From assembly GCF_048261205.1 (NCBI RefSeq), contig NZ_JBLXGF010000004.1: a DNA stretch of 64,000 nucleotides; one strand, 5' to 3'. Shown here piece after piece: positions 10,123-20,157 of the stretch; the first letter of the stretch is position 1; each line of letters starts with the position of its first letter. Both the position numbers and the translations under genes were made by a program. Source of the stretch: Hoeflea sp. (GTDB lineage Bacteria > Pseudomonadota > Alphaproteobacteria > Rhizobiales > Rhizobiaceae). The notes below the pieces were generated by a model. The model did not search any database and was not told the DNA's origin. It was given only the letters and a program-made list of their open reading frames with translations.

Positions 10123-11678
10123 TTGTAGATGAAGCCGACAACGCCGTGGTAGCGGCCCGGTGGCAGATCGGTTTCCATCCGGCCGTAGACCCGGTTGACG
10201 CGGCCAAGAAAGAAACCGGCGCCATCGCTGGCTGCATTGAAGTTGTCATCGGGGCGGGCGATTTCGTTGCGCGCCACAGGCTTGACGATATAGGGCGTGG
10301 CAATGATGACCAGCTCGGTTTCGTTACGGACAAAATCCCTGCTGCGGAAAAGCGTGCCGAAAACCGGCACTTTGGAGAGCCCTGGATAACCCGACATGGC
10401 CTGGCGGATGTCGTCCTTGACCAGCCCGGCCAGCACAATCGATCCCCCGGAGGGCAGTTCCACAGCAGTCTCGGCCTCACGGCGCTTGATCGAAAGCCGG
10501 GTCAAGCCGGAATTGCGGCCCGCGCCCTGAAGTGAGGTTGAGCCTTCGAATGTGGGCTCGGATACTTCCGTCAGGATCTTGAGTGAAATGCGTCCCGGTG
10601 AGAGGACCACCGGCGTGAAGTTCAGCCGGATACCATATTCGACTTCGCGGTCGGTGTATGATGGAGGAGTCGTGGCGTCACCCGGATCGTATTCATCGCG
10701 GAGCTGGAATTCGCCACCGACATAGAACTTGGCGCTTTCGCCCGAAATCGCCGTCAGACTCGGCTCGGCCAGGGTGCGCATGACACCGGCCTGTTCCATG
10801 GCATTGACATAACTGGCGATCGAACGGCCGCCGATCGAACCTGCCAGCGCGGCATAGTTCAAGCCGGTGCTCAGCGAGCCCAAATTGGCCGGGTTGGAAT
10901 TGACAAATGCGGATGAAGCGCCGGTGATGCTGGAATTGAACCCAAGCTGCTTGAGCACCTGGCGGCTGACTTCGGCAATGGTGATCTTCAGTGTCACCTG
11001 ATCCTCGCCGTCAATCTTCAGCAGGTTGACGATCTTAGACTTCTGGCGGGCTTCCGCATAAATCGCCACGGCGCCTTCGCCACCGGTGCCGCTGCTTTCG
11101 GTGATGTTGCGTGTTGTTGCCTCACCACCGGTAAGGAAGATCTGCGCCAGATTCGCGGCTTGCGCGGCGTCCTGCGGTGTCCGCACAGAGCCAGTCAGAA
11201 CGATGTTGTCGGAGATGATTTCAACATTGATGTCCGAATCGGGAAGGAAGCGGGCGAGATGGGCCTGAAGACCCGAGACATCGCGTTCAATCTCCAGCTC
11301 GATGGCGACAATTTCCTCGCCGTTTGGTCCAAAAATGAAGATATTGGTCTGACCCACGGTCTTTCCAAAAAGATAGAGCCTGCGGGATGTCCGGGTGACC
11401 GCATCGGCCAGGCTGGGATCGGCGACCAGAATGTCATGCGCGTCGGTGGGCAGATCGATCACAAGCGCCTTGTTCAAGCCGAGCTTCACCCGCTTACTGA
11501 CGCCGGGACCGGTGCGCTTGATCTTGATGACGCTTTCAGCGGCGGCTGCAGACGACATGATCCGGCCGCTGGATGGATCCACACTCATTCCGGCAAACAT
11601 GGTCGAGCTCACCAGCGCGATACTGGTGATGGATGACAGGAGCGATTTTGCAAATGGACGCACGTTCATTCTCCGCAT
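10119..11678 (-). CDS. cpaC: Pilus secretin CpaC/RcpA
   Basis: LAEPSLTAISGESAKFYVGGE and VPVFGTLFRS...ETELVIIATP secretin motifs. Confidence 0.95.
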   Translation of the reverse strand: MRRMNVRPFAKSLLSSITSIALVSSTMFAGMSVDPSSGRIMSSAAAAESVIKIKRTGPGVSKRVKLGLNKALVIDLPTDAHDILVADPSLADAVTRTSRRLYLFGKTVGQTNIFIFGPNGEEIVAIELEIERDVSGLQAHLARFLPDSDINVEIISDNIVLTGSVRTPQDAAQAANLAQIFLTGGEATTRNITESSGTGGEGAVAIYAEARQKSKIVNLLKIDGEDQVTLKITIAEVSRQVLKQLGFNSSITGASSAFVNSNPANLGSLSTGLNYAALAGSIGGRSIASYVNAMEQAGVMRTLAEPSLTAISGESAKFYVGGEFQLRDEYDPGDATTPPSYTDREVEYGIRLNFTPVVLSPGRISLKILTEVSEPTFEGSTSLQGAGRNSGLTRLSIKRREAETAVELPSGGSIVLAGLVKDDIRQAMSGYPGLSKVPVFGTLFRSRDFVRNETELVIIATPYIVKPVARNEIARPDDNFNAASDGAGFFLGRVNRVYGRMETDLPPGRYHGVVGFIYK

Positions 11679-12487
11679 TAGTTGGTGGCGCCAACTTTGG
11701 TTATGGTGCCAGAGCGGATCAGCTGGATGGCTGCACTGCCGTCTTCGCCGCTCAATAGATAGTTTGCGCCGTCGCTGTCCGGTTCCTGGACGTCGGCGAC
11801 ACTGCGCAAGGCAAGGGTCAACCGATCGGCCATCTGCTGCGCGACGGTGATGATTTTTGTCTGTTCCGGCGTCAATTCGAGGGTTGCGGTGGTTCCGACC
11901 GCGGTCCGGCTGCCATCGGCGTTTTCTTCAATGCGCTGATCGATTGCCAGGATCCGGATGTTGGACAGGATGACCTCGGTCAGAAATCCCTCTTCGGCGG
12001 CCTTGCGACGGACCATGATCACATCCACCCGGTCGTTTGGCAGGATGAAGCCGCCGGCGCTTGTGGCTACCGAAATTTCCGTCGCGATCGCGCGCTTTCC
12101 GGCAGGAAGCAGCGAGGACATGATCCGGGACGACGAATCAACGATCTTTTCGTTGCGCAGGGGTTCTCCGGCAAACAGTGGAAGCCTTACAACTGCACCG
12201 CCAAGTTCGGCTATTGCGTCGGGACGGTTGTCACGACGGATCAGTCCTTCGATCACGCCATCTTCCGGCCAGCCTCTCCACTCCAGCGAATCTTCACCCA
12301 AACGAGCGCCAACCGGCAGGTTGGCGGTTGTCACCAACACATCAATGGTTGGCATTTTCTCGATGATCGGTTCAGAGGAGACTTCTGTTACCTGGACGGT
12401 GGGTGACGTCAGGTTCATGGCCAGATACCCGGCCAATCCTGCGGCCAGACCTGCCACTGACATGATGACGACGCGGGCGGTTTTCAT
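11678..12487 (-). CDS. cpaB: Pilus assembly protein CpaB/RcpC
   Basis: SAF domain and GKRAIA...AGGFILPNDRVDVI motif; position in the cpa operon. Confidence 0.93.
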   Translation of the reverse strand: MKTARVVIMSVAGLAAGLAGYLAMNLTSPTVQVTEVSSEPIIEKMPTIDVLVTTANLPVGARLGEDSLEWRGWPEDGVIEGLIRRDNRPDAIAELGGAVVRLPLFAGEPLRNEKIVDSSSRIMSSLLPAGKRAIATEISVATSAGGFILPNDRVDVIMVRRKAAEEGFLTEVILSNIRILAIDQRIEENADGSRTAVGTTATLELTPEQTKIITVAQQMADRLTLALRSVADVQEPDSDGANYLLSGEDGSAAIQLIRSGTITKVGATN

Positions 12488-12549
12488 ACTGTTTCCTCAA
12501 ACGGATATTGGGTACGCTGACCGGAGAATGCATTGGCAATCGTGTAATT

Positions 12550-12592
12550 ATGGTTAATGACCCGGTAGCAAACACGGTTAACGCAAAATTAC
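12550..12592 (-). promoter_or_regulatory. CtrA-like sites upstream of cpaB
   Basis: Minus strand reads TTAACCAT (12550-12557) and GTAA-N7-TTAAC (12577-12592). Confidence 0.65.
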
Positions 12593-12834
12593 CGGGCGGA
12601 TCGTGATCGGGCCGGGCGGAAGCCGACGCGTTCGAAGCCTGCTGATGTGAATGGATTGGCCGGAAACGGATCCGCCAGGACTTCAAGGGCCGTCGTCTCG
12701 GGAACTGGAAAAACCGTCCGCGAACGGGCGAAGCCCAATGCGTCAGAAATACGATTGGGGAGATCTGAACCGGCGTTTGCTGAGAGGCTTTGCCAGGAAG
12801 GACCGCAGTTTCGAGTGCTGCCCAAAAACGGCTG

Positions 12835-13350
12835 TCAGTTCAGCCGGCCCACCGCATGCAGGAAAAGCTCGGTCTCGGGATAGGTGGCAAACGCGGCCAC
12901 GCCTATGGCTACGCCGTAGGGTATTCCTTCGCGATCCTTGAAGAAATGCATGGGGATCGGAAGCGGCGCCACCAGAAGCAGGTTTTGGTTGGCGCGAATT
13001 GTCAGAACAACAAGGGCAAGGATACCGCCAAAGACTCCGGTGAACCCGAGAAACGTGACAAGATCGATGTTGAAACCGTACCAGAGTGCCGCAGCGCTGA
13101 GAATCTTGGCATCTCCGCCACCCATCACATTGAAGGCGAACAGGGCAAAACATCCGGCAAACACCGAAAGCGCTGCCGCCACGGACCATGCAAAGGTCAC
13201 CAGATCCATGCCGCTGAACGGCGCTATCACAAAGAATGAGGCCGCCAGGATAACCGAAATGCGATTTGGTATTTTCATCGAGATGAAATCGCAGAATGCT
13301 GCCATGGCCACGCAAAGCGGAAAGATGACAAAAATCGCGGCCTCGAACAT
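12835..13350 (-). CDS. cpaA: Prepilin peptidase CpaA/TadV (A24)
   Basis: AFCDFISMKIPN and MGGGDAKI catalytic Asp motifs; C-terminal IPYGVAI. Confidence 0.93.
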   Translation of the reverse strand: MFEAAIFVIFPLCVAMAAFCDFISMKIPNRISVILAASFFVIAPFSGMDLVTFAWSVAAALSVFAGCFALFAFNVMGGGDAKILSAAALWYGFNIDLVTFLGFTGVFGGILALVVLTIRANQNLLLVAPLPIPMHFFKDREGIPYGVAIGVAAFATYPETELFLHAVGRLN

Positions 13351-13420
13351 CGGTTCACTCCTGAATCTGCAGGAAAGACTAGGCGAAAGACCTTAACAAA
13401 GCGCAACAGCCGTCAAACAG

Positions 13421-13446
13421 AAAAGGCCGCCCTGAGGGCGGCCATT
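13421..13446 (-). terminator. Intrinsic terminator after the pilin gene
   Basis: GGCCGCCC-TCA-GGGCGGCC stem followed by TTTT on the minus strand, about 40 nt after the pilin stop. Confidence 0.75.
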
Positions 13447-13480
13447 TCGTGATCGTGTCTGTTCCGACTACCGCCAGTTA

Positions 13481-13657
13481 TTAACCGGCCGAGTAGTTCA
13501 GCTTCTTGGACAGCTGGTCGAACTGGTTGTTCAGCGAGTTGCCAAGCGTGGTAGCGCCTGTGATCAAGGCAACCGAGATCAGGGCAGCGATCAAGCCGTA
13601 TTCGATTGCGGTGGCGCCAGATTCGTCTTTGACAAAACGGTTCAAAAGATTCTTCAT
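13481..13657 (-). CDS. pilA: Flp family type IVb pilin (58 aa, not in ORF track)
   Basis: Manual translation MKNLLNRFVKDESGATAIEYGLIAALISVALITGATTLGNSLNNQFDQLSKKLNYSAG*, with G/ATAIEY cleavage and Flp motif. Confidence 0.95.
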   Translation of the reverse strand: MKNLLNRFVKDESGATAIEYGLIAALISVALITGATTLGNSLNNQFDQLSKKLNYSAG

Positions 13658-14028
13658 GGGTCTGTTCCTTCATCCACTAGTGTTTTTCAGCACTCCGCCA
13701 ACTGCTTCGGCTGGTCGGATAAGGCGATCTTAGGAGAGGGTGTTTTCAAACCGCTTAATGAACACGGTTAGCAAAACCTTTCACCGGCAAAGCCCGGCAC
13801 ATGGTAAATAAAGCGCTAAAAAACCGGGCGCTTTTCTAACCCCCAAACCGTCATAGCCAGCACCAAAAATCCTGGCGTTCAAAAGCTGGCCGAGGCTGCC
13901 GCTGCTGTTTGACCTGCGCTCTATTATAAAGAGTGGCGGCCACAGGCCGGGATTAGAGTGCAGGCGGGGGCCTTGGCGCACCCCAAAATGCCGATCCTTC
14001 AGAAAGAAATTGGCGGAACCACCTGACC

Positions 14029-14044
14029 TTAAGGCTTCGTTCAC
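14029..14044 (+). promoter_or_regulatory. CtrA-like box
   Basis: TTAA-GGCTTCG-TTCAC, one mismatch to consensus, about 50 nt upstream of the 14093 gene. Confidence 0.55.
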
Positions 14045-14092
14045 CAATCCCGGCGATTTTAGGGACGATATTCGCAATTCCGAGGACACGGC

Positions 14093-14506
14093 ATGACCCA
14101 ACCCAACCCTGCGCATCGCCAGCTAGCTATGCTCGCATGCGGCGCGGCATTGGCAGCGATGGTTTCATTCCCGGCGCAGGCCGCGGAAGATGTTATACGC
14201 GTCTTCATGGATCATGCACGGATTCTCAAACTCGACCGTGCGGTCAGCAAGGTCATCATTGGCAATGCCAATGTGGCAGATGTGGCCGTGTCCGATCCGC
14301 AGACAATCGTTCTGACCGGCAAGTCCTACGGCACGACAAACCTGGTCATTCTCGATCAGGCAGGCGATGCCATTGTAGACGAACGCATTCTGGTGTCGGT
14401 GGACGAGGCTAACACGCTTCGGGTCTTCAAACAGACAGCCCGGTCTGTCTATTCCTGTTCACCGGCCTGCGAAGAACATGTCCCGACCGTTGCGGCAAAC
14501 CCCTGA
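14093..14506 (+). CDS. Pilus assembly protein, secretin N-terminal-like domain
   Basis: Signal peptide (PAQA), then VIIGNANVADVAV...LTGKSYGTTNLVILD typical of the stand-alone CpaC N-terminal domain. Confidence 0.85.
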   Translation: MTQPNPAHRQLAMLACGAALAAMVSFPAQAAEDVIRVFMDHARILKLDRAVSKVIIGNANVADVAVSDPQTIVLTGKSYGTTNLVILDQAGDAIVDERILVSVDEANTLRVFKQTARSVYSCSPACEEHVPTVAANP

Positions 14507-14662
14507 TACAGATGGCTGATCCAGCTCATTGATCCAGCCCGGCAGATGTCGTGCTTAGACATTTGTTTACCACTTGCACGGCTTGCCGGCATCTGTGTTA
14601 CGAAAATTCAACCAGTTTGACCTAGCGTCGGTTCCAGGAAACGAAAGTCCGGGAGTCTGACG

Positions 14663-15271
14663 ATGGTTGTCGACGATCAAAGCAGTACGACACGCAAGGC
14701 GCCGCGGCGGTTACGGCGGATGCTGGCGCGTTTGCAGAGGTCGCGCGACGGCTCCACTGCCATCGAATTTGCGCTGCTGGCATTTCCCTTTTTTCTGCTG
14801 ATCTTCGCGACGATCGAAGCCTTCATCGCCTTTGCAGGTGAGCAGTTGCTGGAAAACGCCGTGGACACGATGGCGCGGCAGATCCGCACCGGACAAATCA
14901 AAAACCTGTCCGAGGATGAGTTCCGCACCAAATTCTGCGCTGAAATCAGTCTGATGATCAAGTGTGCTGCCGAGGAAGACCCTGATAATCAGAAGCTCTA
15001 TATCGATGTCCGGGAATTCGCGACTTTTGCGGCGATCCCCAATTACATTCCCAAGCAAGGCAGCAGTCAGTTTTCCGATCTGGATTCGTCCGAATTCGCT
15101 TACAGCCCCGGCGGGCCGAAAAGCATCAATATCGTCCGCGCCTATTATCGCTGGGAAGTCATGACGGACCTTGTCAGGCCGTTCATCACCAACATCCGCA
15201 AGGATGGCGAAATGCCGCGCGACTATCTCATGGTGGCTACGGCCGCCTTTCGTAACGAGAATTTTCCGTGA
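14663..15271 (+). CDS. tadE: TadE/TadG-like pseudopilin
   Basis: G/STAIEFALL prepilin motif, hydrophobic helix, ends AFRNENFP. Confidence 0.88.
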   Translation: MVVDDQSSTTRKAPRRLRRMLARLQRSRDGSTAIEFALLAFPFFLLIFATIEAFIAFAGEQLLENAVDTMARQIRTGQIKNLSEDEFRTKFCAEISLMIKCAAEEDPDNQKLYIDVREFATFAAIPNYIPKQGSSQFSDLDSSEFAYSPGGPKSINIVRAYYRWEVMTDLVRPFITNIRKDGEMPRDYLMVATAAFRNENFP

Positions 15272-15320
15272 TCGGGATCATGAATTTCTCGAAAGGCGAA
15301 ACACATAAGGAACCGCGGTC

Positions 15321-15902
15321 ATGACCGGCTTTCTAGCGAAACTGAACCGAAGTGCACGAAGGATCCGCGGTGACCGCTCAGGTGTCGGTGCGGTGGAATT
15401 CGCGTTGATAGCTCCGGTTCTGATCATGCTCTACATGGGGTCTCTGGAAATTTCGGTCGCCATGTCGGTCAACAAGAAACTGGCGCGCGCCGCCAGCACC
15501 GTGGCTGACCTGGTGACGCAAGACAGTTCGGTCGACAAGACCTTCCTCGCCTCCATGGTCAATGTGGCGCAAAGTGTCATGACACCGTTTCCTGCCGATG
15601 GTGTGAAGTTGAAGATCACCGGCATTGAGATCAACGCCTCAGGCGAGGCCAAGACAAAGTGGTCGTGGAAGGAAGACAATACTAAGCCCTACGCAACCGG
15701 TTCGGCACAAACGCTTCCGGCTGATCTGGCTATTCCAAATACGTTTCTGGTGCGCACTGAAATCGAGTTCGACCACAAGCTTCTGCTCTTCGTGCCGGAT
15801 CTTCCGAGCGTCGATATCCGCACCTTGCATATGAAGAAGACCTATCACCTGCGCCAGCGCATCGGCAATGAAGTGACCTGCGATAGCTGCTTGCTGAACT
15901 GA
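15321..15902 (+). CDS. TadE/TadF-like pseudopilin
   Basis: G/VGAVEFALIAPVLIMLYMG prepilin motif. Confidence 0.88.
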   Translation: MTGFLAKLNRSARRIRGDRSGVGAVEFALIAPVLIMLYMGSLEISVAMSVNKKLARAASTVADLVTQDSSVDKTFLASMVNVAQSVMTPFPADGVKLKITGIEINASGEAKTKWSWKEDNTKPYATGSAQTLPADLAIPNTFLVRTEIEFDHKLLLFVPDLPSVDIRTLHMKKTYHLRQRIGNEVTCDSCLLN

Positions 15903-15908
15903 TTTGCC

Positions 15909-16853
15909 TCAAGGCAGGTTTGACGCGGATTGCCGGTCGGGCATGGCTTCGACCAGTCCACTGATATTCTGGTATTCTTCCGGTCCCGGAATGACATAGC
16001 CACCGCCATAGGCAGGTTCGAAAATATCCAGCAGGCCCGGTGTCGATGCCGCCATTCCATCAAGAAACGTGCCGAGAGCCTCGACCAGATCATCGGGCAG
16101 AGAGCGGTTTGCGGCGTGCGGGCCATAAGGAATGCGCTGTGATGACCAGATTATCCTGAGCGGTTCAGCGTTCTCGAGCGCGGTCCGGTTCCAGCCTCCG
16201 AACAAGCGTTCGAGCCCACCCCCTCGGTCACCGGGGATATCGGGCAACCAGCCGAAGAACCCGTCGATCTCACCTGCCTGATAAGACGCGATAACGGCGC
16301 TGACACTGCCGCCGCGAATGAGCTCCGGCAAATCCAGACTGCCGGCCTTTATCGCCTGATGCGGGATCTGCCAGCCGGACACCGATGTTTCGTCGGAATA
16401 GCCGACTTTCAGTTCGGCGACAGGGATGGTGATGCTGTCACGCGCCACAAGCACCGATCTGAAACCGGTGGAGCCGTCAGCGGCAACAGGAATGCGAAAA
16501 GCCCTGACGCAGCCGCAGGCTGCCTGTGTTGCAGCAAATGACCTGGCTGAATGGATGGCATAGCCAACACGGCCGCTGGCGTGAGCATCGATCAAGGCCG
16601 CATAGCTGCCGAGCTTTATGATTTCGACGGGAATGCCAAGATCGTTGGCAAATGCACGCTGGATCGCTTCCAGTTTGACGGGATCGGTTGCCGCAACATG
16701 GGTTTCCACCATGCCGATGCGCAGCACTGCAATCGAATCGCGGTAGTCGGCTTTTGCCGTTCCGGCCCAGACCATGGCGCAGCAGATCGCCGCCCAGCCC
16801 GGCCTCCGAAGGCATCCCGCAAATCTGACAATGCGATCCATCATACCCATCAC
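15909..16853 (-). CDS. Orphan PhnD-like periplasmic substrate-binding protein
   Basis: Signal peptide (TAKA), LRIG, SYAALIDA, DGSTGFRSVLVAR, SDETSVSG, IWSSQRIPYGP: phosphonate/phosphate-binding family pattern. Confidence 0.75.
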   Translation of the reverse strand: MMGMMDRIVRFAGCLRRPGWAAICCAMVWAGTAKADYRDSIAVLRIGMVETHVAATDPVKLEAIQRAFANDLGIPVEIIKLGSYAALIDAHASGRVGYAIHSARSFAATQAACGCVRAFRIPVAADGSTGFRSVLVARDSITIPVAELKVGYSDETSVSGWQIPHQAIKAGSLDLPELIRGGSVSAVIASYQAGEIDGFFGWLPDIPGDRGGGLERLFGGWNRTALENAEPLRIIWSSQRIPYGPHAANRSLPDDLVEALGTFLDGMAASTPGLLDIFEPAYGGGYVIPGPEEYQNISGLVEAMPDRQSASNLP

Positions 16854-16881
16854 CGGTCTATATCACGATCACAGTGGAATG

Positions 16882-16907
16882 CACGGTTATGGTGAAAACA
16901 AGGTTAC
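16882..16907 (-). promoter_or_regulatory. CtrA-like box plus CACGGTTA motif upstream of the PhnD-like gene
   Basis: Minus strand GTAA-N7-TTCAC followed by CATAACCGTG. Confidence 0.45.
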
Positions 16908-17080
16908 CGGCCGCAGACAATCGGACGTCTTTCGATCACGTTCGAAACCGGCTAACTTGTCGGCCACTGCAGCGCCGCGCATCCAGCTGGATGGGCTGCG
17001 CTGTAACACATTGACATGATGCATGTGCGTTTGGTTCAGACGAATGCGGTTGAACGCGGCATGCATTGGGAGACTTTTCC

Positions 17081-18301
17081 ATGGCGCGTGCATTTCTGTT
17101 TGTTCTTGATTCCTTCGGTATCGGCGGAGCCCCCGATGCGGAAGCCTATGGCGATCTGGGCGCAGACACGCTTGGCCACATAGCAGAGCAATGCGCGGCG
17201 GGCCTCGCCGACCGGCCGGGGTTGCGCAAGGGGCCGTTGTCATTGCCGCACATGCAGTCGCTGGGGCTGGCCGAAGCTGCGCTCAATGCCACCGGCAACC
17301 TGCCTGCCGGCTGGTCTCTCACATCGAAGCCGCGCGGAATTCACGGTGCAGCCAGTGAAGTGTCGCATGGCAAGGACACGCCGTCCGGACATTGGGAGAT
17401 TGCCGGTCAGCCGGTGATGTTCGACTGGGGCTATTTTCCCGATGACGGGCCGGCATTCAGCGACGAGTTGGTTGCCAAAATTGTCGCGGAAGCCGAATTG
17501 CCGGGCATCCTGGGAAATTGCCACGCGTCGGGGACGGAAATCATTGCCCGGCTTGGCGCGGAACACATGAAGACCGGCAAACCGATCTGCTACACCTCGT
17601 CGGATTCGGTTTTCCAGATTGCCGCACATGAGGAAAGCTTCGGTCTGGAAAGGCTGATTGAGCTGTGCCAGATCGTGCGCAAGATCATCGATCCGCTGAA
17701 TATCGGCCGGGTCATCGCGCGGCCATTCGTCGGCTCGACCGAGACCGGGTTTGACCGCACGGGAAACCGGCGGGACTTTTCCGTTCCGCCGCCGGGGCCG
17801 ACATTGCTCGACCAGGTCAGCGACAGCGGACACCGGGTGTTTGCGGTCGGCAAGATCGGTGACATCTACGCCCATCAGGGGGTGACCGACATGCGCAAGG
17901 CGAGCGGCAATCCGGCGCTGTTCGAGGCGACGCTGAAGGCAACCAAGGAAGCCAAGGACGGCGATCTGGTGTTCACCAATTTCGTCGATTTCGACATGCT
18001 GTACGGGCATCGCCGGGATGTGGCGGGTTACGCCGCAGCGCTTGAAGCACTCGATGCCATGCTGCCGCGTTTCGCCAAATTGCTGAAACCGGGTGATCTG
18101 GTGCTGATGACGGCTGACCATGGCTGTGATCCGACCTGGCGCGGCACAGATCACACCCGGGAACGGGTGCCGATCCTTGGCTTCGGTCCCGGCGTTGCGG
18201 CCCGCGATATCGGCGTCCGCTCGACCTTCGCCGACATCGGTGCGACATTGGCACGGCACCTGGGCCTGCAGGCAACAGCCAATGGAAGAAGCTTCCTGTG
18301 A
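17081..18301 (+). CDS. deoB: Phosphopentomutase
   Basis: [41 protein letters not shown]; start set at MARAF after a GGGAGA RBS. Confidence 0.95.
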   Translation: MARAFLFVLDSFGIGGAPDAEAYGDLGADTLGHIAEQCAAGLADRPGLRKGPLSLPHMQSLGLAEAALNATGNLPAGWSLTSKPRGIHGAASEVSHGKDTPSGHWEIAGQPVMFDWGYFPDDGPAFSDELVAKIVAEAELPGILGNCHASGTEIIARLGAEHMKTGKPICYTSSDSVFQIAAHEESFGLERLIELCQIVRKIIDPLNIGRVIARPFVGSTETGFDRTGNRRDFSVPPPGPTLLDQVSDSGHRVFAVGKIGDIYAHQGVTDMRKASGNPALFEATLKATKEAKDGDLVFTNFVDFDMLYGHRRDVAGYAAALEALDAMLPRFAKLLKPGDLVLMTADHGCDPTWRGTDHTRERVPILGFGPGVAARDIGVRSTFADIGATLARHLGLQATANGRSFL

Positions 18302-19284
18302 CTGAGCCACTCGATACAACCGCGATCAGGAAGGCCGAGCTGCACTGCCACATTGAAGGTGCGGCCTCTCCCTCGCTGGTAAAGGCACAGGCCCGCAAAT
18401 ACGATGCCGATGTCTCTGGATTCATCTCCGGCGACACATATGTCTGGTCCGATTTCACCGAATTCCTGACAGCCTATGACGGCGCCGCATCACTGTTTCG
18501 CACCGAGGAAGACTACGCGCTGCTGGCCCGGACCTATCTTGAGGAAATTGCCGCCGAAAACGCGATCTATGCAGAGATTTTCGTGTCACCCGATCATGCG
18601 GTGGCCGCCGGGCTGTCCAATGCAGCCTATTTTGGCGGGCTTGCCGAGGGCATCGCCCAGGCCAAGGCATCATCAGGGATCGAATGCCGGATGATCATCG
18701 TCGGCATCCGGCATCTGGGTGCGGAGAAGGTGGAAGCCGCAGCACGGCTGGCAGCCGCGCGGCCTCACCCGCTGATCACCGGGTTCGGCATGGCCGGTGA
18801 GGAACGGTTCGGCCAGGTTGCCGATTTCGCCCGGGCTTTCGACATTGCGCGCGACGCCGGGCTGGGCATTACGATCCATGCCGGGGAACTGGCAGGGCCG
18901 GAAAGCGTCCGGGCGGCGCTTGACCATGTTCGCCCGTCACGCCTTGGCCACGGCGTCAGGGCGATCGAGGATACAGCACTGGTCCAGCGGATTGCCGACG
19001 AGGGCGTGGTGCTGGAAGTCTGCCCGGGATCCAATCTGGCGCTGAACGTCTTTCCCGACATTTCCAGCCATCCCTTTGACCGGCTGCGGCGCGCTGGTGT
19101 GAAAGTTACTCTGAGTTCGGATGATCCGCCCCATTTCGCGAGTTCGGTGGGCCGGGAATACCAGATGGCGGCTGATGCATGGGGCTATGACGCACCGGAA
19201 CTGACCGAAATCACCAGGACCGCGATTGAAGCTGCATTCGTTGACGCGCAAACCCGTGCAAATCTCTTGGGACAGCTCGACTGA
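18298..19284 (+). CDS. add: Adenosine/adenine deaminase
   Basis: [20 protein letters not shown] and LSSDDP metal-binding motifs. Confidence 0.92.
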   Translation: MTEPLDTTAIRKAELHCHIEGAASPSLVKAQARKYDADVSGFISGDTYVWSDFTEFLTAYDGAASLFRTEEDYALLARTYLEEIAAENAIYAEIFVSPDHAVAAGLSNAAYFGGLAEGIAQAKASSGIECRMIIVGIRHLGAEKVEAAARLAAARPHPLITGFGMAGEERFGQVADFARAFDIARDAGLGITIHAGELAGPESVRAALDHVRPSRLGHGVRAIEDTALVQRIADEGVVLEVCPGSNLALNVFPDISSHPFDRLRRAGVKVTLSSDDPPHFASSVGREYQMAADAWGYDAPELTEITRTAIEAAFVDAQTRANLLGQLD

Positions 19285-19462
19285 AATCCATTCCCGCGGT
19301 TGCCGGACTTAAGGAATACGTGTCTAAATCACGGTCAGCTCATGCTGCGCTCCCGGAGGATTTCCGCGGCGGAGCCGGCGGGAAATTTACGGAATGGGGC
19401 ACAGTGCGCATTGATAACGGTGATCAGCGCGGCACCCGCTCACAGCTTCAAGGCAGAACAAC

Positions 19463-20092
19463 ATGGACGGCGTTACAGTCATCAACCACCCACTGGTGCA
19501 GCACAAACTCACCATCATGCGCAAGAAGGAAACCTCGACGGCCGGCTTCAGGCGGCTGTTGAGAGAGATTTCGACGCTTTTGTGTTACGAGGTCACCCGC
19601 GATCTCGAGTTGACCATGGAGCGGATCGAAACGCCGCTGGTCGAAATCGAAGCGCCGGTTCTTGAAGGCAAGAAACTGGTCTTTGCCTCGATCCTGCGCG
19701 CCGGCAACGGCCTGCTGGAAGGCATGCTGGACCTGGTCCCTTCGGCGCGCGTCGCCCATATCGGCGTCTACCGCGATCACGAAACGCTGGAAGCCATCGA
19801 ATATTATTTCAAGGCACCCGAGGATGTCAGCAACCGCCTGATCATCGTTGTCGACCCGATGCTTGCCACCGGCAATTCGTCGATCGCCTCTATCGACAAG
19901 CTGAAAGAGCGCGGCGCGCGCAATATCCGCTTCCTCTGCCTGCTTGCGGCGCCGGAAGGGATCCGTAATTTTCAGGCCGCGCATCCGGATGTCCCGATCT
20001 ACACAGCCTCGATCGACAGCCATCTTAATGAACAGGGCTATATTGTTCCCGGTCTGGGCGATGCCGGCGACCGTATGTATGGCACCAAGTAA
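19463..20092 (+). CDS. upp: Uracil phosphoribosyltransferase
   Basis: [35 protein letters not shown]. Confidence 0.97.
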   Translation: MDGVTVINHPLVQHKLTIMRKKETSTAGFRRLLREISTLLCYEVTRDLELTMERIETPLVEIEAPVLEGKKLVFASILRAGNGLLEGMLDLVPSARVAHIGVYRDHETLEAIEYYFKAPEDVSNRLIIVVDPMLATGNSSIASIDKLKERGARNIRFLCLLAAPEGIRNFQAAHPDVPIYTASIDSHLNEQGYIVPGLGDAGDRMYGTK

Positions 20093-20157
20093 ACCGGTCA
20101 GACCCTTGGCGGCCGCCCACTGATGGATTCAATGGGCGGGTCCGGCAAGTGTTGAGG

